This document shows, in pieces, positions 55,123-64,000 of a DNA stretch of 64,000 nt. A model generated the notes under the pieces. That model was not told the origin of the DNA. It saw nothing but the letters and a program-made list of their open reading frames with translations, and made no database searches. The position numbers and the translations under genes were made by a program. Within the stretch, counting starts at the first letter, position 1. Each line of letters opens with the position of its first letter. Source of the DNA: a virus; IMG/VR virus record IMGVR_UViG_3300024327_000005, positions 22 through 64,021 of that record. One strand, given 5' to 3'.

Positions 55123-57618
55123 ATGTATATTACTGACACAGATGAAGTTATCGCACTATTAAGGTCGAAGCTTCCTGAGTACTTATTAAAAAAAATGTCT
55201 GCAGATACTGATTTAAATAAAAAGTTCCATTGCTTTGCTCACAATGATACGGGCAGGCCCAATATGAGCCTGAACCCTAGGACTAACAATGAAACTGTAA
55301 AATGTTTTTCATGTGAATTCTCTGGTGATATATTCACCTGTGCAGAACACTTCGATCAGCTACCTTTAAGTGGCCCTGAATGGATCACCCTGACGATCCC
55401 CACACTTTGCGATACCCTAGACATACCTTATTCTCCTGGCGTCCTCTCAGAGGAAGATAGAGAACGTATTAAGTTATTCAAGCTAGCTCAAGAAATCTCT
55501 GATGTATTAGCAGGGCTTAACCCAAAAAATAACGAGTACATGGTCGAGCGCAATTGGATTCAAAGTCTTATGCCTGCAGGAAGCATAGATAAAGATCATC
55601 TAGTATCGCTTCTTGTTGCAAAGGGGTGGGACTCCAGTTACATCTCGAGCACCAATCTAATTAGTACTCGATGGGTCGACTACTTCGCTGAAAGCAAAAT
55701 AACCTTTGCGATAAAGGATCACTGCAAAAGAACTGTTGGGTTTATTTGCAGGAACCAGAACTTCGAAGAAGACAACATCCCAAAATACACAAACAGTCCT
55801 GAGTCAGCCATTTACAAGAAGACTAAGGCTTTAATGGGCATCGACGTAGCTTATCGTGACGCCAAGAAGTATGGTCTTTACGTTGTCGAAGGTCCTGGAG
55901 AGCTCATGCAGCTCTACAGACTTGGAATTAAAAATGCTGTTTCAGTTTGCGGCACAGCGTTTACAGAGACACACTTGCTCTATTTAAAACAAATCGGAAT
56001 AAGAAAACTTTTCTTAAATTTCGACTGGGATCAAGCTGGACATGCAGCTACACAAAGAGTGTTAGAGAATATATTAAAGACCACATCTGGTGTCAGTACA
56101 TATATTGTTATGCCTCCTCAAAATTCTGAGGTTAACGATACGGATGAATTTTTAAAAGATTCCGATTCTCCAGAAGACTATCTCAACTTAAAGAAGATGT
56201 CTGCATTTGAGTGGCAACTGAACTCCTTCTCTACAGATCATACTCCTGATGTGATTTGTCAGAAGATGGTACCCATTATCGCTACGGAAGAAACTGAAGT
56301 AAAAAGGGAGCTACTTATTAAAGAATTAGCTTCCTTCACTACAGTTTCAACATCCGCTATTCTTGCAGATGTGAATGCAATACGTACAAATAAGTTCTCC
56401 CAGAAATTAGAGAAAAGTAAAACTGCAGCAGAAGCATATATGCGGGCAGTAGAACAGGACCCTAATAATATTAGGGCCCACATGGCTACGCATGAACAAA
56501 TGCTTGAACTGATTGAAAAGGAGTTCAAAACAGACTCAATTGGAATCAATTATCAAATAAATCGATTTGACGCAATCCAGGAATTAAGAGCTAATGCTTC
56601 TACTGATGCTTCTACAGCTGGATTCAAAATGAATTATTTTGACATTTTTGCCGATAGTATGAATGGCGGTATGTCTTGGTCTTCAGGAGCGCTAATGTAT
56701 GTTGGTGGCAGGGCTAACTCAGGCAAGACAGCTACATGCTTGATGATTGGTACTGATGTTGCACTTTCAGACGACAACACTACTGTGATAATTCACAGCA
56801 CTGACGATAGCTATGAGCAAATAGAGCCCCGGATCAAAACAAACATTTATAGAATGCTATATCCAGATGGACCCGCACTTACTATTGGGATGGTTGTTCA
56901 ACCAAAATTTACGTTAAAAGACTATCCTCCTGAATTTACGCATGCATTCAACAAAGCAAATGAATCTTTCAGAGCTTTAATTGAATCAGAGCGCCTAGTT
57001 ATAATCGACAGCGAAGATGGAGCGACCTTAAGTACTCTGGAGAGGAACCTTCGCTACTATCGCAATCGTCACCCTGATCGCAAGATACTCATGATTTGTG
57101 ATAACACACACAACTATATGGACTTCATGAATTTGGAGCAGTCCAGTAGGATGACATCCATTTCTAATCAACAGAAGAATCTAACTATCAAATATCACGC
57201 TTGTATGATAGCTACAGCAGAATACAGAAAGAATATGCCGATGGATCATTCTAAGCTTAAGCTGCCTGTTGATGATGATTTGGCAGACGCTAGAGCTTTG
57301 ATGTACAGACCAAATGCTATCTTTCATGTATACAATGACATGCACGATAGAAAAGAGCATTGTGAGATCTTCTGGAAAGATGACGAAGGTAATATGTATC
57401 CAAGACTTTTACTTCATTTCACGAAGAATAAAATCTCTGGATTTAAAGACAAGTTGATCCTTGATTTGGATCCGAAAACAGTCTCTCTTTCTGTATGCGA
57501 CACTAAAGATTCACTCTTAGAAGCTGAAAACTTCCGGGACCTGAAAGGTTCAGGGTATGTAACTAGTAATGGTAAAAAAGTTCTAGTTGTAAATGCAGAG
57601 GAATATTCGGATGCATAA
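55123..57618 (+). CDS. DnaG primase - DnaB-like helicase fusion
   Basis: Zn finger CFAH...CFSC, KYTNSPE..IYKK, Toprim VVEG and FDWDQAG, Walker A GGRANSGKT. Confidence 0.88.
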   Translation: MYITDTDEVIALLRSKLPEYLLKKMSADTDLNKKFHCFAHNDTGRPNMSLNPRTNNETVKCFSCEFSGDIFTCAEHFDQLPLSGPEWITLTIPTLCDTLDIPYSPGVLSEEDRERIKLFKLAQEISDVLAGLNPKNNEYMVERNWIQSLMPAGSIDKDHLVSLLVAKGWDSSYISSTNLISTRWVDYFAESKITFAIKDHCKRTVGFICRNQNFEEDNIPKYTNSPESAIYKKTKALMGIDVAYRDAKKYGLYVVEGPGELMQLYRLGIKNAVSVCGTAFTETHLLYLKQIGIRKLFLNFDWDQAGHAATQRVLENILKTTSGVSTYIVMPPQNSEVNDTDEFLKDSDSPEDYLNLKKMSAFEWQLNSFSTDHTPDVICQKMVPIIATEETEVKRELLIKELASFTTVSTSAILADVNAIRTNKFSQKLEKSKTAAEAYMRAVEQDPNNIRAHMATHEQMLELIEKEFKTDSIGINYQINRFDAIQELRANASTDASTAGFKMNYFDIFADSMNGGMSWSSGALMYVGGRANSGKTATCLMIGTDVALSDDNTTVIIHSTDDSYEQIEPRIKTNIYRMLYPDGPALTIGMVVQPKFTLKDYPPEFTHAFNKANESFRALIESERLVIIDSEDGATLSTLERNLRYYRNRHPDRKILMICDNTHNYMDFMNLEQSSRMTSISNQQKNLTIKYHACMIATAEYRKNMPMDHSKLKLPVDDDLADARALMYRPNAIFHVYNDMHDRKEHCEIFWKDDEGNMYPRLLLHFTKNKISGFKDKLILDLDPKTVSLSVCDTKDSLLEAENFRDLKGSGYVTSNGKKVLVVNAEEYSDA

Positions 57619-57928
57619 TTATCTCTCGAAATCACTGCTTGACGATAATGACCTCAAGATTGACGAGTGTGTAATCTTGGGTAGTAAATCGTTCCACATG
57701 AAGCTTCAGCCCGAAGAGGGGACCATCGGTCTCTATGTTGTTTCTGGTTGCGCAACCGTATATGAATTTGATATTAATTTAGTTATAATAGATACTTCGA
57801 TTGTAGCGCCTGGGCAACTTTTAAGGCTGAATGCAGCAAAAACAAAAACAATTCTCATCGAATCGCTTGGCTCTTTTGATGAAGATGTGAAATTCTTAAA
57901 AATTGAAAGGAAACTTCATGCCAGATAA
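57611..57928 (+). CDS. hypothetical protein
   Basis: ORF in operon. Confidence 0.55.
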   Translation: MHNYLSKSLLDDNDLKIDECVILGSKSFHMKLQPEEGTIGLYVVSGCATVYEFDINLVIIDTSIVAPGQLLRLNAAKTKTILIESLGSFDEDVKFLKIERKLHAR

Positions 57929-58211
57929 TAAGACTATGGGAATCTACGTCCACTCAAATAAAACGTTCTATTACCTTGAAGGCGGAAGCAACTATATAGG
58001 AAACTCTTTAGACCGTGTTCGAAAAGCGCTTATACAAAGGGACTTGATCGTCCCCGAATTCAACACGAATTATGCTAGATCACCTTACGACATTGTGTCT
58101 TATAGTGACGCACACAAAAACGACTATTTGCTCCAGCCAATATTCTTATCTCAGCATATTAAACAGCTGTATGATAAAAACAAAGAAACCCTGAAAGGTA
58201 AATTCAAATGA
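57918..58211 (+). CDS. hypothetical protein
   Basis: ORF in operon. Confidence 0.55.
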   Translation: MPDNKTMGIYVHSNKTFYYLEGGSNYIGNSLDRVRKALIQRDLIVPEFNTNYARSPYDIVSYSDAHKNDYLLQPIFLSQHIKQLYDKNKETLKGKFK

Positions 58212-58534
58212 ACTTAACTGCAATTCAAGATAGTCTTAAGGACTTACGTATTGTTCTAGGTCTCGTCTCTGCACTGTTTGGGCTTGGTTCAATCTGCGGA
58301 TACCAGCTTTCCCCAAAGCCAATAGCCAAGTCAATAATGTGCAAGAATGAAGACAATCAAATTAAGATCCTAAATAAACAATTAGCTGATCTCCGGACCG
58401 AGAGGTTGGACGACGTTACTCGAGTACAAAGCGAATGTATGACAACTCAAGATAAAATCTGTGCGGATAAAATCATGAAGTACAGAACAGCTTGTCTCTC
58501 GCTAAAGTGTGAAGTCTGCAAGGCATCAAGATGA
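58208..58534 (+). CDS. TM + coiled-coil, Cys-containing protein
   Basis: N-terminal TM and seven Cys. Confidence 0.55.
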   Translation: MNLTAIQDSLKDLRIVLGLVSALFGLGSICGYQLSPKPIAKSIMCKNEDNQIKILNKQLADLRTERLDDVTRVQSECMTTQDKICADKIMKYRTACLSLKCEVCKASR

Positions 58535-58986
58535 AAAAAATATTTATAGCTTTTTTAATAAGTTCACTTGTGGTGCAGAGCGCTTCTGCGCAAGAGTTGA
58601 GTCCCCTCGACTTTAAGCTGAAACTAGGACAGCACGAATTTTTATTCCCTTATCTATTTGCTCAAGATAAATCCCCTACTGAGGGGTATTTACTTTCTGT
58701 CGCAGACATAGCCTTGCTTAAGATTGAATTAGATTCTTTTGATGAGATTTTAAATGAGAACTTAAATCTCTTAAAAAAAGAATGCAAAGCCAGCGTAATT
58801 AGATGCCAGGAAGACTCAAACGAAAGATGGGACAAAGTTAATATTGAAAACGAAACCTTAAAGGAAAAGCTCAAGCTAAAGACTCAGCTTTACAAAGATC
58901 AAAAGAATAAAACACTTATTTATTCTTTCTCTTCGGCGCTAGTTGCTGGACTTGCTTCTTTCGTAATCATTAAGGCTTTTTATTAA
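58531..58986 (+). CDS. signal peptide + coiled coil + C-terminal TM protein
   Basis: MKKIFIAFL...ASA|Q; C-terminal hydrophobic helix. Confidence 0.55.
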   Translation: MKKIFIAFLISSLVVQSASAQELSPLDFKLKLGQHEFLFPYLFAQDKSPTEGYLLSVADIALLKIELDSFDEILNENLNLLKKECKASVIRCQEDSNERWDKVNIENETLKEKLKLKTQLYKDQKNKTLIYSFSSALVAGLASFVIIKAFY

Positions 58987-59008
58987 GACTATCTATACAG
59001 AACCCCAG

Positions 59009-59737
59009 GTGAAGACTTATCTAAGTTGCTCTGCTCTTTTTCATCTTGGTGGATCCGTATATAGTTACGACCCTTCTCAAGAAGTTCTCTATAAAACTTT
59101 AAAAGATTTTTATTTAAAGATATTAAAGTTTGAAGTGAATGACTTTGATAAAGACTTAATAAAAATAATTAAAAAGAATTTAAAAGAATTCTGTCCAGAC
59201 ATAACATCACTTGATGACTTACAATACCTTATGAATTGGACGTTATCAGCTGTTAATGAGTTCTTTCAAATCTTTCCTTTAAAGAAGTATACACCTCTTA
59301 TAGTTAGTCACGAGCCAATAGTAGCGCATGGCTCCCTGTTAGTATCGTTAACTTTTGATCTGCTTTTAGTACAAAACAATAAGTTATCCTTTATTCATGC
59401 AGTATGCTTTTATCCAAAGCTAGATTCTCATAATAAGAATTGCGATTTTTTTAATTCAGTTAAGATTGATTTTTTGAAAAGAGTTTATACTAAAAAGGGC
59501 TGCGCTAAACCTTCAGTCAGCTTACATAATCTTTCCATTAAATCTGCATCATTTCGCAATAAAAACACGAAGAACTACCCTTATACAAAAGAAACAGTCA
59601 CAAAGATTACAAAGACAAATAGCGCTCAAGCAAAGAGCTCTTTAACTTACTTTGACCAAAACAAAGAAATAAAAATAATTAAACCTTTTTGCGACGCATA
59701 CAGCTGTCCCAAACGGAAGGAGTGCCAAGATGCCTGA
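59009..59737 (+). CDS. hypothetical protein (possibly a degenerate PD-(D/E)XK fold)
   Basis: 242 aa; C-terminal C...CP.RKEC. Confidence 0.5.
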   Translation: MKTYLSCSALFHLGGSVYSYDPSQEVLYKTLKDFYLKILKFEVNDFDKDLIKIIKKNLKEFCPDITSLDDLQYLMNWTLSAVNEFFQIFPLKKYTPLIVSHEPIVAHGSLLVSLTFDLLLVQNNKLSFIHAVCFYPKLDSHNKNCDFFNSVKIDFLKRVYTKKGCAKPSVSLHNLSIKSASFRNKNTKNYPYTKETVTKITKTNSAQAKSSLTYFDQNKEIKIIKPFCDAYSCPKRKECQDA

Positions 59738-60032
59738 ATACGGTGATTTTAAAATAGCCTCAAGGGCAAGAATAAACTTGCCAGTAAATTTATTTGGCGG
59801 AGGCCCCTGGGTTCACATGGCAACAGCTACACGTTCATTGTCTGAATACGTTGCTGTTTTACATGAGCCCACAGGAAAGATATACCTAGAGCAAATAACT
59901 GCTACAGGAAGGTTTATTCATATTGAAGATAATGCTCTCTGGATAGACTTATTAAACTTTCTTGTAAGCGAAGGCGTTTTGGGGTTTGATAAGGACCAGG
60001 AGATAATCATAGGAAACGAATTTGACAGCTAG
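59730..60032 (+). CDS. hypothetical protein
   Basis: 100-aa ORF. Confidence 0.55.
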   Translation: MPEYGDFKIASRARINLPVNLFGGGPWVHMATATRSLSEYVAVLHEPTGKIYLEQITATGRFIHIEDNALWIDLLNFLVSEGVLGFDKDQEIIIGNEFDS

Positions 60033-60447
60033 AACCTCCTGGAAGAATCAATTCTATCATTATGAATCTGCATCAAAATTTCATAATTCAATTAGACAAA
60101 TATTTATTACGGATATGTTTTTTAAACAGCTACAATGCTTTCAGGAAGTCCCTGTTAAAGATCTTGTGCCAGACTACACCTCACCTTATGATGCTGTAGA
60201 CTGGTACATTGATGAGTATAATATCATAATAGAATTACACGGGATACAGCACTACAAGATCCAATCCTTCGGATCAAAAGACTCTTACTGGAACCAAAAG
60301 AAAAACTTTCACAATATAAAATATCGTGATAACAGGAAGAAGACAGCGCTTCTAAACGCAGGATATTCTTTTCTAGAACTATCTTATAAGGAATGTGCTA
60401 AAGTTACTCCTGAGTATTTGAAACATAAAATTTTTTATGAAAGTTAG
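60022..60447 (+). CDS. DUF559/Vsr-like endonuclease
   Basis: VDWYI...IIELHGIQHY...DNRKK..L..AGYSFLELSY. Confidence 0.7.
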   Translation: MTARTSWKNQFYHYESASKFHNSIRQIFITDMFFKQLQCFQEVPVKDLVPDYTSPYDAVDWYIDEYNIIIELHGIQHYKIQSFGSKDSYWNQKKNFHNIKYRDNRKKTALLNAGYSFLELSYKECAKVTPEYLKHKIFYES

Positions 60448-60450
60448 TTT

Positions 60451-61083
60451 ATGAACGAATTACAACAGAAACTTCTTGCTGAGTTATTGGTTGATGACAA
60501 TTTTGAATCCTGGAATTGTTTCGAGCCCAAGTATTTTGGTGCAGACAGTAGGACGTTGCCTTTCTTTAGTAATGTAGATAAGCATACAGCGCTGCTGCTT
60601 ATAAGCCAGCTAAGGCATCTCGAAGAGATGGAGCCCGAAAAGCCAATAACGATTATGCTTAATACACAAGGAGGTTCTCTTACAGACGGGCTAGCTATAC
60701 ATGACACAATTGTGCAGCTAGCTTGCCCTGTAATAGTTCATGCTTTAGGACTGTGTGCATCCGCCGGACTTCTGATCTTAAGCGCAGCAGACTATAGGGT
60801 TGCGTCGCCGAATACCACTTTTTATTATCATCAACCCGTAGTAGAAGACTTTATGATTAACAGCATGCAAAACATGAACGAGTTAAACGACTATTACAGT
60901 AACTGCAAAGAAGTTACAGATGATATAATGAAGGCTAGAGCCAAGATAAAAAAGTCAACTTGGACAAAAAACTTTGAAGGAAAAACAAATTATTATTTTG
61001 ATTCAGAGACGGCTTTATCATTCAACTTGATTGATAGCGTCACTGAAAGCAACAAACTCGATTACGAGATAGAAAAGAGTTAA
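60451..61083 (+). CDS. clpP: ClpP-like protease
   Basis: ITIMLNTQGGS..DGLAIHD, GLCASAG (Ser), YHQP (His); triad Asp not evident. Confidence 0.8.
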   Translation: MNELQQKLLAELLVDDNFESWNCFEPKYFGADSRTLPFFSNVDKHTALLLISQLRHLEEMEPEKPITIMLNTQGGSLTDGLAIHDTIVQLACPVIVHALGLCASAGLLILSAADYRVASPNTTFYYHQPVVEDFMINSMQNMNELNDYYSNCKEVTDDIMKARAKIKKSTWTKNFEGKTNYYFDSETALSFNLIDSVTESNKLDYEIEKS

Positions 61084-61087
61084 GCCT

Positions 61088-61435
61088 ATGGCTTCTAGAG
61101 GAAGAGGTGCCAGAATTAAAGGTGCTACATTTGAGCGACAGCTAGCTAAATATTTTACTGACAATACAAGATTTGAAGCAAAGCGTGGCATCGGCCAAAG
61201 CCGGATGGGAGGCTCTGAGGTCAGCGATGTTGACATGCCAATCATCCACGTCGAAGCAAAGAGGCACAAGCGCTGCCATATAAAATCAGCTCTGAAGCAG
61301 GCTATCGCAGATGCAAATATTAATGGAAAGATCCCTGTCGCCATAACGAAAGACGACAGAGAAGAGATATTGTGCACTATGCTTATTGATGATTGGATAC
61401 GGTTCTTCAATGCTTTTGTAGAGACTACTGAGTGA
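61088..61435 (+). CDS. Holliday junction resolvase-like PD-(D/E)XK nuclease
   Basis: KGATFERQLA, SDV, HVEAKRHK, PVAITK. Confidence 0.7.
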   Translation: MASRGRGARIKGATFERQLAKYFTDNTRFEAKRGIGQSRMGGSEVSDVDMPIIHVEAKRHKRCHIKSALKQAIADANINGKIPVAITKDDREEILCTMLIDDWIRFFNAFVETTE

Positions 61436-62109
61436 AAAACTCACTGTACATAACTGGCAACTTTTCATCTTTTGTTGAGAGTTATATTGATGCTAAAAAC
61501 AACAAAGCATCAAATGCCATAATGTACTGTCTAAGCTCCCTAGGAGACTGCTTCTCAACCTGGGAGCAAGAGTTCAACTCAAACGATTATCATAAAAACA
61601 TAAATCTAGTTACGTTATATAAATTAATTGCCGCAGACAACAAGCCTGTAGCAACACTAGACTGGAAGATCAACACATATAAAAGCTATTTAAACTTTTA
61701 TAGTTTATCATTTAAAGATCATTTAATTGAATGCTTCTTAAAGCATATAGAAAAAGAAACGGTTGTATACTCAAATTATAATAAAGAATATAAATTATTA
61801 TACTTTCTCGCTAGAGAGATTAAATACAGCCTTTTTAAAATCATCAGACAGGCCTGTCAATTAAGTAAGCGCGACTACACAACAAACAAAACATACACAC
61901 TAACTAAACCTTCCTTCTACAAAGAGTCCTCTATAAATCTAGATTTATACTTTCTTTTTTTAAAAAATAGATTATTATATTCAATAATTCTATCCATTAT
62001 TTATGAGAACATTTCCTGGAAGGAAATCAAACAAAAATACGAGCTTTCAAACGCTCAGTTCAAAAAAATTAAAAACGAGGCACATCAATGGATAAGCAAA
62101 ACGCTATAA
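61432..62109 (+). CDS. hypothetical protein with C-terminal sigma region-4-like HTH
   Basis: ISWKEIKQKYELSNAQFKKIKNEA. Confidence 0.4.
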   Translation: MKNSLYITGNFSSFVESYIDAKNNKASNAIMYCLSSLGDCFSTWEQEFNSNDYHKNINLVTLYKLIAADNKPVATLDWKINTYKSYLNFYSLSFKDHLIECFLKHIEKETVVYSNYNKEYKLLYFLAREIKYSLFKIIRQACQLSKRDYTTNKTYTLTKPSFYKESSINLDLYFLFLKNRLLYSIILSIIYENISWKEIKQKYELSNAQFKKIKNEAHQWISKTL

Positions 62110-62582
62110 AACAACTAGGTAACAATCCTTCTGTTGCTCACCAGCAAGCGTTGGTTCAAAAATTAACTGGTTCAAAAATTACCAAGCAACTCAAAATGAT
62201 AATCCCAGGCGGAGCAAACCTAACTGAAGATATATCAAAAGATCAATTGTCCTCTGCTGTTTTCACTTGGTTGAGAAGATGTAGACATTTCAAGGATGTG
62301 ACAATCTCTTTTCCTTCAGACTTAAACGAACTCTCTACTGAAGTGGCAGTCGTCGTTGATTTCAACCAGAACAGCAAGCTGCCCGAATGGGAGGTTCAAG
62401 GCAAGAAGTGGCTTTCTGAAAGAATTTCAGATGTACTTGCAATGGACAATGTCGTAGGTGTTAAAGTAGATAAGGCAGGGGTTCATGCGATACTTGACGC
62501 AGATCAATCCTTTTCTGCATCATCGTCCAACTGGGAACCACACTTAATCTTTACACCGAACAAACCTTCTGGAGGGTTTTAA
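62088..62582 (+). CDS. hypothetical protein
   Basis: 164-aa ORF. Confidence 0.6.
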   Translation: MDKQNAIKQLGNNPSVAHQQALVQKLTGSKITKQLKMIIPGGANLTEDISKDQLSSAVFTWLRRCRHFKDVTISFPSDLNELSTEVAVVVDFNQNSKLPEWEVQGKKWLSERISDVLAMDNVVGVKVDKAGVHAILDADQSFSASSSNWEPHLIFTPNKPSGGF

Positions 62583-62583
62583 T

Positions 62584-62877
62584 ATGAGTCTATTTAAAGA
62601 GCGCGCGAACAACAATAAATTAGTGATTGCTTTGCGTAATGAAATTATTAATTATAAAAATCAAATAAAAGAACTGTCCGCTTCAGCTTCTTCAAATCTT
62701 AGTGAAAATCTAAGTTCTGAGCTGAACGCCTTGAAGAGCGAGCACTCCCAATGCATGGATATGCTTACCGAGCTTGAAGATCAACTTGTTAAGAATAAAG
62801 CTGAAATGAAAAAACTCAAATCAGAGAATACCCGGCTAAAGAAAAAAGCAGGATCTTCTGAGAATCAGGAGCAATAA
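62584..62877 (+). CDS. coiled-coil hypothetical protein
   Basis: heptad pattern. Confidence 0.55.
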   Translation: MSLFKERANNNKLVIALRNEIINYKNQIKELSASASSNLSENLSSELNALKSEHSQCMDMLTELEDQLVKNKAEMKKLKSENTRLKKKAGSSENQEQ

Positions 62878-62940
62878 CGATGGCGTGTCAAAAATGCAAA
62901 GAAAAAGCCAAAAAGGCCTTAGAGAAACCACTTAAAGAAG

Positions 62941-63168
62941 CTAATCGACACTAGGTAAATCCTCTAGTATCGAAACTCTTTTTTCCAATGAACTTACAGT
63001 CTCATTGAGCACTGCAATTTCAGTAGTAAGCACAGTGATGATTTGTTGAACCTGATTAGTTGACGCCAAATTATTTTGAGCGGTGAATATATCTCTGATT
63101 CGCTCTTCAAGATTGGTTATTCTTCTTAATGTTCGCTGATCAAACTCAACATTAATATCAATAGCCAT
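62941..63168 (-). CDS. coiled-coil hypothetical protein
   Basis: start moved to MAIDIN, coupled to the upstream TAA. Confidence 0.55.
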   Translation of the reverse strand: MAIDINVEFDQRTLRRITNLEERIRDIFTAQNNLASTNQVQQIITVLTTEIAVLNETVSSLEKRVSILEDLPSVD

Positions 63169-63509
63169 TACTGTCCTCCGTTCTGGAAGAAGGCGGCTAT
63201 TAAACTTACAACTCCCCCACCCGCCGCTCCCCAAGTCAATTTTTCAGCTACACTAACCTTCACTTGAGTTAACTCGTCTTTATGCTTCGCTTCGCTTTTC
63301 TTTAAGTCGCGAACTTCAGACTCAAGCTTCTCAAGCTTTGTCTTCATCGACACCTGCTCTAACTCACTACGATTAATCTTTTCTATTAATGTGTCAAGTC
63401 GATCTATCACTTTGGATATTTCCCGTTCGAAGTTCTTCTCAAGCTCGTTTAACCTAAACGCTATTATCTCAACATTAGGGAGATTCTCTTGTTCTTTTAA
63501 AATAGCCAT
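63168..63509 (-). CDS. coiled-coil protein with C-terminal TM
   Basis: heptads followed by WGAAGGGVVSLIAAFF. Confidence 0.6.
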   Translation of the reverse strand: MAILKEQENLPNVEIIAFRLNELEKNFEREISKVIDRLDTLIEKINRSELEQVSMKTKLEKLESEVRDLKKSEAKHKDELTQVKVSVAEKLTWGAAGGGVVSLIAAFFQNGGQ

Positions 63510-63562
63510 GTGATAAAGTCCTCTGTGAGTGTTTGTTTTATTGTATCAGTTACCAACATCAC

Positions 63563-63820
63563 TTATCCATAGTATGGCGCTACAATAACAGTAAAGCTTC
63601 TAAACGCCCCAAAGGAATCATAGCTACTTGGCGTGTCGGTCTCTATGAGCAATTCAGTTTTTACCGCCCACGTCCCTGTATGGTCGTTGCTCTGTAAAGA
63701 AAAGGAAGAATTACTTACTACAGGGACGTTAATGGACTGAAAAACAACGCTAGATGATTTAGTGTATTTGTACTCAGTTCCGCCTGGCGCTACTATGGTA
63801 ATTTTATAATCATAACCCAT
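63563..63820 (-). CDS. small beta-rich hypothetical protein (possibly structural)
   Basis: 85-aa ORF in the minus-strand module. Confidence 0.5.
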   Translation of the reverse strand: MGYDYKITIVAPGGTEYKYTKSSSVVFQSINVPVVSNSSFSLQSNDHTGTWAVKTELLIETDTPSSYDSFGAFRSFTVIVAPYYG

Positions 63821-64000
63821 TGCAATATTTGATTCTTTGAAAAAATTAAACTCCAGAAGAAAATCGTCGGGGTAATCTAGATAGATTCCTGAACTTGGGT
63901 TTATGGAAAAATACCCTATTGTTTCCGTTGAGCTCGTAATTGCATCTCCAGATGGCTTGTCGGAGTAGTAATTATCTTTTGTGTTGAAAATTATCGTCCC

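Noticed and set aside
58208-58986. Spanin pair
   Set aside because: The topology is suggestive, but there is no lipobox for an o-spanin and no adjacent endolysin; left as membrane proteins.
1-64000. Alternative genetic code (stop-codon reassignment) as in some large phages
   Set aside because: Long conserved genes are intact in code 11, TAA, TAG and TGA all end genes at expected positions, and no suppressor tRNA is seen.

Overview
This is a gene-dense, almost entirely + strand segment of a large (jumbo-type) dsDNA bacteriophage genome. The host is probably Gram-negative, inferred from a TonB-C protein and a lipoprotein. Bases 1-6.9 kb hold small early-type ORFs with a shared RBS signature, two intact tRNAs (Lys-TTT; CAT, Ile2-like) and a tRNA-like gene whose anticodon loop carries a ~91-nt pseudoknotted insert. 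Bases 7-23 kb are accessory genes: a catalytically dead AlkB, GT2-TPR, TonB-C, DUF4326, a class III nucleotide cyclase, SLT, ThyX, SSB, an amidase and an NTase. Bases 23.9-30.3 kb encode the standout system, an apparently complete ubiquitin-like conjugation cluster. It comprises a 966-aa protein with a C-terminal E2-like domain, a JAB/JAMM protease, a ThiF E1, an Hc1-like protein and three 70-aa Ubl paralogs, each ending KG|N plus a different extension. Ubl-2 appears fusable, by a -1 slippery site, to a start-less paralog of the gene that follows Ubl-1. Bases 30.5-62.9 kb are replication and nucleotide metabolism genes: PhoH, a Whirly-like protein, SpoVG, NrdJ, MazG, resolvases, dCMP deaminase, RecA, a Cas4-like nuclease, a primase-helicase and a ClpP-like protein. 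DnaE is encoded in three separate genes. The last two are joined by a cyanobacterial-type naturally split intein whose halves lie ~7.7 kb apart, around a collagen-like and fibre gene cassette. A minus-strand module starts at the right end. All family calls come from motif recognition by eye; no database search was run.
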